Notes under the pieces: model-generated | What the model was told of the DNA's origin: nothing | Seen by the model: the letters and a program-made list of their open reading frames with translations, nothing else | The model's database searches: none | NCBI GenBank assembly: GCA_964016885.1 | Contig: OZ024740.1 | Coordinates: 84,072,001 to 84,136,000 of the forward strand | Direction: 5' to 3' | Origin: Eledone cirrhosa | Lineage: Eukaryota | DNA: 64,000 bases | Shown here: one piece after another, positions 57,361-64,000 of the stretch | How the letters are laid out: each line of letters starts with the position of its first letter | How positions within the stretch are numbered: position 1 is the stretch's first letter | Translations under genes and position numbers: made by a program

Positions 57361-57417
<57 letters not shown>

Positions 57418-57435
57418 CATATATATATACATATT

Positions 57436-57474
<39 letters not shown>

Positions 57475-57499
57475 GCACACACACATATATATACATACA

Positions 57500-57999
<500 letters not shown>

Positions 58000-58057
58000 T
58001 TTAAGTAAGTGCCGTACTAAGAGTGAGAAATGAAATTTCGTTTTCATTTTATTACAA

Positions 58058-58144
<87 letters not shown>

Positions 58145-60524
58145 CTACATTACAGTGTGAGTATTCAGATCAGGCAGACGCGGTCGTCATCACCTTCGTT
58201 CTATTTCCACTGAACTGGCATTTGATGAACTACATATTCTCTGAAGTCCTCTCCAGTTTATATTATACTGGTTCATTCCTCTGCAAAATACCTCTTGCTA
58301 AATGTGAAATTCCTCCTCTATCTACACACCTACAACATCATTAATCTGCTTATCTTGCTTCATTCTCACATTTACCCTTTTGCGATAGTAGAATTAACCT
58401 CCGGTTCATTTTCTACCAAAACATGACAAACATCGAAAACAGGATGTTTCGCTCCTCATTGAAGAACGTAGTACGATATCGAAAACAGAGATATTTATTT
58501 ACGTAATGTGAAATGATATTTGAGAGAAAAGAATAGTTGATAGGTACAACTTTGTTTAAAAAATCTATTTTAAATATTGTTGTGGGTTCAGTATATGGAG
58601 GATTAAAATTGCTTTAATTTTCAAGTAATGAAGTTATACATTGATGTTAAAATACTTTTAGAAACATTATAATATAGAATATTGAAATTAAAGTTTAGAA
58701 ATGATATACATTAAAGGAAACGTTTTCAGAAGCATTAATGAAAGATGGATGGCTATTTACATAGTTTGAGGTATTATCTAATTGCATAAAATAATTGATA
58801 TTTAGAATTGAACAAATATGCGTCAAAGATTGTTGTTTTGGTTATTAGTAAATGCATTAAATGATCACTTTCTTGCGCATTGAAATGAATTTTTTCAGTC
58901 GTTTATTATAATCAAAATTATATGATTTTTATTCCTATTTCAAATTTAAAACAAAACGAAATATATAATATGGCCTCCATTTTTGTTACGATATTTTTAA
59001 AATGCGTAAAATAATAATATAAAGTGTTGTTTTGGAAATATAATCCATGTATAAAATGCAAAACTATGTTATACATTTTATATCATCCACGAACATTCAG
59101 AATACATGCCAATAAACCTTGGTAAACGAACAACAATTCATCTGTTTCCTATGTACTTTCTATTCTAGTTTCATTGTTAAAATTAAGCTTTGGTGATGAT
59201 GCTTGAGTTATTGTTTTATCGTTATCATGCGATACATCTATGACGATATGGTTGGATCTTAGATATTTCTCTTCTCAGTATCTACATGTTGTTTATACCA
59301 AGGTTTAAAAAGATTCGAATAAAGCTCTTTGAATAGAATTATTATGGGTCAGTAATTCACTTTGTTTGAATATTATATATTCCTCAAGGCCTAGAAATCC
59401 AACGGAAAGTTGAAGCTATATGTAAGATGATTGGGTTATTGAAGTTATGTGTAACTAAAGAGGCATGTATATGGACGACGATTGGGAATGTACAATTTAA
59501 CGAGGTTCACATTAATGTTGCTGTTGTTTTTGTTTTTTGTTTTTTGTATTTACTTACCACAGAATTTAAAGAATTAATAATTTAAGGGATTGGTCTGATA
59601 TTGGACTTCATGGCTTCATATTAAAGCGTGAGGTAGTAAAATTTGAATTGTTAATATATTCATGGATTAATGTATTTTGTTAATGTATTAATGGATTTCC
59701 GTTTCATTAATAATCTTCACGTTATATAGCATTATATTTCTTTTTATACAAATCTCATCATATTATATTTCGTTCATTCCGAGATTTGTTTGTCTTTTTA
59801 ATAAACGTTTAGCATCATTGTTGATGATTTGTATTGTGTAACAGGCGATAGATATTATTGATGATTTCGCTCCATTTATGATCTGGTTAGTATGGTGATT
59901 ATTTATTTCTATTGGGATTGACATCAAGGGAATTATCATATTATCATATATAATTATATTAATTGCAGAAATAAATGTACTGATTGAGCATTCTGTCCAA
60001 TGGATTGCAAATTGCTTCTGAATGATATAATTAAATAATGTGAAATATTGACACATAAACAGAGCTCACGAAGAACTACTGTAAACAACACTACTCCAAA
60101 GAAACACACGCATTTATGAATAAAAATGCCAGCAAAAGAAATCCGTCTGCTCATTCATTTGTGATGATAAAACCCAATTTTATATTGCAGCATGAGCACC
60201 CGAAGAAATTTCTAGCGAGGAAATATTTTAATGTCATTTAACTTAGGTACACCAGAATTAAACAGTTCACATGCTAATAAAAATTCATATTAATGCAGGG
60301 TCTGAAAATACTCTCTTGATGCAAGCATAAATATATTTACGTCCATAATTTTCATACTTATTATCTATTCCTTAAAATTATAAAACAGCATCTTATTCTC
60401 GTACTCATATTTCGCAATACCTACAACGTTAGAAATCAATTCAGTTACTATTAACATTTACCTACATTTTTAAGCGTTAGTCGTTTCATGTAGAGCCGCT
60501 AATTTTCCTAAGGGATCACACTTC

Positions 60525-60936
60525 CGATACTACGGACACGTGGTGAGAATGTCTCAGGAAAGAATCGCTGGACAGATTTTACAGGCAAATTAAACTTGCA
60601 GAAAACACAGAAGAAGTAGGAAGTTTGGATAACATCCACGAGCTCCGTAAGTCTCGTCGCTTGGGGATCCAGTCCGATAAACTAGGGACGGTTTCTTCTG
60701 ATAAGACCCTCTGGAAGGCGTGACTGAAGACACGTCTCTCACAGAAATAAATGGGCAAAAACTAGAAGAAGAAGAAGAAGAAGAAGAAGAAGAAGAAGAA
60801 GAAGAAGAAGAAGAAGAAGAAGAAGAAGAAGAAGAAGAAGAAGAAGAAGAAGAAGAAGAAGAAGAAGAAGAAGAAGAAGAAGAAGAAGAAGAAGAAGAAG
60901 AAGAAGAAGAAGAAGAAGAAGAAGAAGAAGAAGAAG
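60525..60936 (+). mobile_element. LINE 3' fragment with (GAA)n tail
   Basis: RYYGHVVRMSQERIAGQIL-like end, similar to 38320-38550; long GAA run. Confidence 0.65.
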
Positions 60937-61546
60937 ATATATTTGAAGTGTTTTACTAATATGTAAATGAAAATGTATTTCTCCCGAATGTATGATTATG
61001 CACACTCGTGTAAGAATCTTCCAATATGTTAGATATGATAGAAGATGCATATAAAATAAACCACGTTTTCAACTAAATAGCTTCCCTCAAGGAGATTAGT
61101 TTTAAAAGCAATAACATTATTTTTAAAATATATATTTTCACACATATATTTCACATACTTTAATTTTTGTTTCTTCATAAAATATTTTCTGCGTGTGATT
61201 TAACTTTCCCCGAGAATACCTGTAAATAAGGATGCAATTCAAATATTTAAACTATGAAGTATGATAACAGTGGTTATCGAAGCCATGAAAAACCTTTCTA
61301 GCAGACAGCATTACAACGACTAATTGAAACAGGTTTGAAGATCAATATTAATATTACGATGTATCTTCCATTCTATAGATTCATACTCAATAGAAGAAAA
61401 GATACATTGCCGCTTCATAATTTAGTGGAGTGATGTGATCTTTGTAGATACTAAGAACATAAAGAATAAGTATTAGAAAGATTTTACAATGCTACAGTAG
61501 TTAACTCGAGTTGTTTTAAGATTTCTGTTTTTCCAATATATATATA

Positions 61547-61596
<50 letters not shown>

Positions 61597-62904
61597 TGTG
61601 TGTGTGTATGTGCGTGTGGGTATGTGCGTCTGTGTGTGGGGGGGGCGCATAGAACAATAAAAACGGAAGTCAGGTGTAGGTAGATAGTTACTTCATTGTT
61701 TTCCGATCGTTCCAGAGGGTCAAACGATCGATGGGGGCCGATGTATCGACTAGCATGGTAGTGGTTAAGACACTACGTATGCCTAGTCTCGAAAACCCTG
61801 TTCAATCGGCCATTCTCCTCAGAAACACAAAACTAATTTTATTTGCTATATATATATATATACACTCATAAATATGTTACACAGATATAGATAGGCGGGT
61901 GCGTGTAGTGTGTCCGAATGGTTGCTGAAACAGTAGAGGGAGGGTTTATAACAGTGCTGAGAAGGATAAATAGTAAGAATACTAATAAAACAAAATAAAA
62001 TATAAAAGTAATCGTAAATATAAGAGGGAGGGGAGGTAAATATGGATAGTTGCAGTATGTATAGGTCTAGCAAATAAAATAAGCTAAAATAAAATCCATT
62101 GTAAGGACTGACACATGTAAACACAATACCAAATTTCAGGCCAGATCAACATCATCAAAATTCATTACGAACCATATATAGTGTCCAAGATGCCATCAGT
62201 TAATCCAATGTTACATTTCGAAGGCTTACTTTGAATTCGATGCGCAAATTACATGGAAAAAGGCAAATTTCTAATCTCCGGAAATATGTAAAATGCTAAC
62301 CGGTCTTAATGATGGCAGATGTAATAAATTCTGGTTGTACTTCACAATTTCAGTAACAAAACTGGAGAGGTATCTAAGCAGATGAGAGTGTCTGTTTATT
62401 CATCAGGGACACCCTTGCTTTTCACAGTACTGGGGATGATGGCGTTTATATTTATTAAGTTTTTCCTGTGAAGATAATATTCTACCAATATGAAAATTAT
62501 AATATACCATAAACATCATCATTACCAGTAGGTTTTTGTACACTGCAGGGCGAGTGTATCCCTATCTCAGTGTCAATTATTCTTATTTTGTGCCGCTCGA
62601 ATTTATGCAGCTTCCATAAACATATCGATATCATCTCTCCATTTCCTTCCTGTAACATATAAACATGCAGTCCATCCGTTGTCAATTCTTTGCACCAGAT
62701 ATCCGATGTATTTCCATTTTCTTTTCTTAAATATTTTTTTATGGCTTTTAGTGTGATATTTACCTATGATATCGAGGTATAATATAGGTCTGGTTTATGT
62801 ACAAACAGACTAACTAATTCAAAAACCACTAGTACTAATAAAACAAACATACAGGTACAAAGCCAGCAAATTTGTGGACAGGTAACATTGATTAAATCAA
62901 CCCC

Positions 62905-63790
62905 TGTTAATTGTTGATATCGTCACCATTCCTCTCTATTACCTCACTCCATCTGTCAATAAACCTTTTAATACCACGTTTGTAAAATGTTAAACTACAA
63001 AATGGAAGCTAACACATTTTCGATTTCTCTTAAAGTAAGTCTTAATCCACTTAAATGATTAACCAAACTCCTACATAGATAGTAATCTGTTAGTGTGAAA
63101 ATCGGCTGATTCTTTTTCTGTTTGATAACGATGGGCGTATTTGCGGCAAAGCTGCTTTTAAACTTATTAGAAATTGACGATAGACTGTCTGTTATTGTTT
63201 GATTATCACCTACAGCATATCCAACCACACACTTAGAAGAATCTTCCTTAGATATAGGCCATTTCTAGGCTACTGGGATGGCTCTTAACCACGACTGAGC
63301 CACTGACATCTTCGCTGTTAAAATGCCCATTCCTCATCTCTAGTAATGGGCTCTGTTTAAAAAAGGCATTTACAGCTCTCAAGAATGCAAGCGTTGTTGG
63401 GATTGACTGCAGAGAGATCATGTGAAACCTATTTTCCAAATAATTTTGACATTTATGAAGCCTTTGCAATTCACGATGAATGGTGGTATGGCTCACATTG
63501 AGGTCAGTGCTTAATTCCCGAACTTTAACGGTCGGGTTGCATCAACAGTGGCTTCCAATGCATCAGAATCCATCCCTCCTGGAGGCCTTTCTCTTGATTC
63601 ATTCTGCAGTCTTCAGTCCCCGTTTCTGAATCCTGAAAACCATCTCGTACAAGTTCTTTCAGTCACTATGTAATCTCTATAAGTGGTTTGGAGTGATATT
63701 GCTGCTGGTCTTGCGCTATTACGTTTTTGAAAGTCATAAAAAATAATATAGTGAATGTGTTCTTTACTTGGAGTCCACATGACGCCAATG
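62905..63790 (-). pseudogene. Decayed mariner transposase
   Basis: Minus strand: KEHIHYIIFYDFQK, TERTCTRWFSGFRNGD, SHTTIHRELQRL, FYKRGIKRFIDRWSEVIERNGD; stops, frameshifts and internal deletions. Confidence 0.8.
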
Positions 63791-64000
63791 CAACGGCTTC
63801 AATAATTTGGCAAAATTTGGAGGAAAATTAAAGATAGTGATTTCGGCATATTTCAAATATAATTGATAAGTTAAACACCTGTAAATGTAACTCGAGATTT
63901 ACTTGTAAAGGCTGGACAGAACGTTCGTTACAACCTGAAAAGTAATTTCCCTAAAAATATAGATATGCTGCATATGGCAATATTCTGAGTGTGAAAATAG

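Overview
AT-rich, microsatellite-dense eukaryotic DNA with no supportable host gene. The SINEs resemble octopod cephalopod families (inference from memory, not searched). Nearly all ORFs in the supplied track are translations of (TA)n/(CA)n/(GAA)n. Bases 1-37,000 are a chain of Penelope-like retroelement (PLE) insertions in (TA)n. They include an intact RT + C-terminal GIY-YIG ORF (6910-9351, minus, Hydra-type CxCx5C linker), two truncated relatives, two decayed Neptune-type copies and many short non-coding pieces carrying type I hammerhead ribozymes (HHRs). Two patterns recur across unrelated families. (1) At least nine insertions are head-to-head fold-backs: two 3' ends of the same element face outward into microsatellite, and exactly one carries an extra tail. 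(2) That tail starts, 3-9 nt after the point where the other arm stops, with a covarying RNA hairpin RCUC-stem-loop-stem-UU-GAGY, a candidate PLE RT recognition/initiation signal. Also present: HHRs with expanded stem II or variant cores, a 595-bp retrozyme-like unit, a tRNA-headed tandem/fold-back repeat, and a 200-N gap in a 2-kb TA array. Bases 37,000-64,000 hold decayed RTE LINEs (one 5'-inverted with a snap-back flank copy), tRNA-derived SINEs and mariner remnants. All coordinates and pairings were read by eye.
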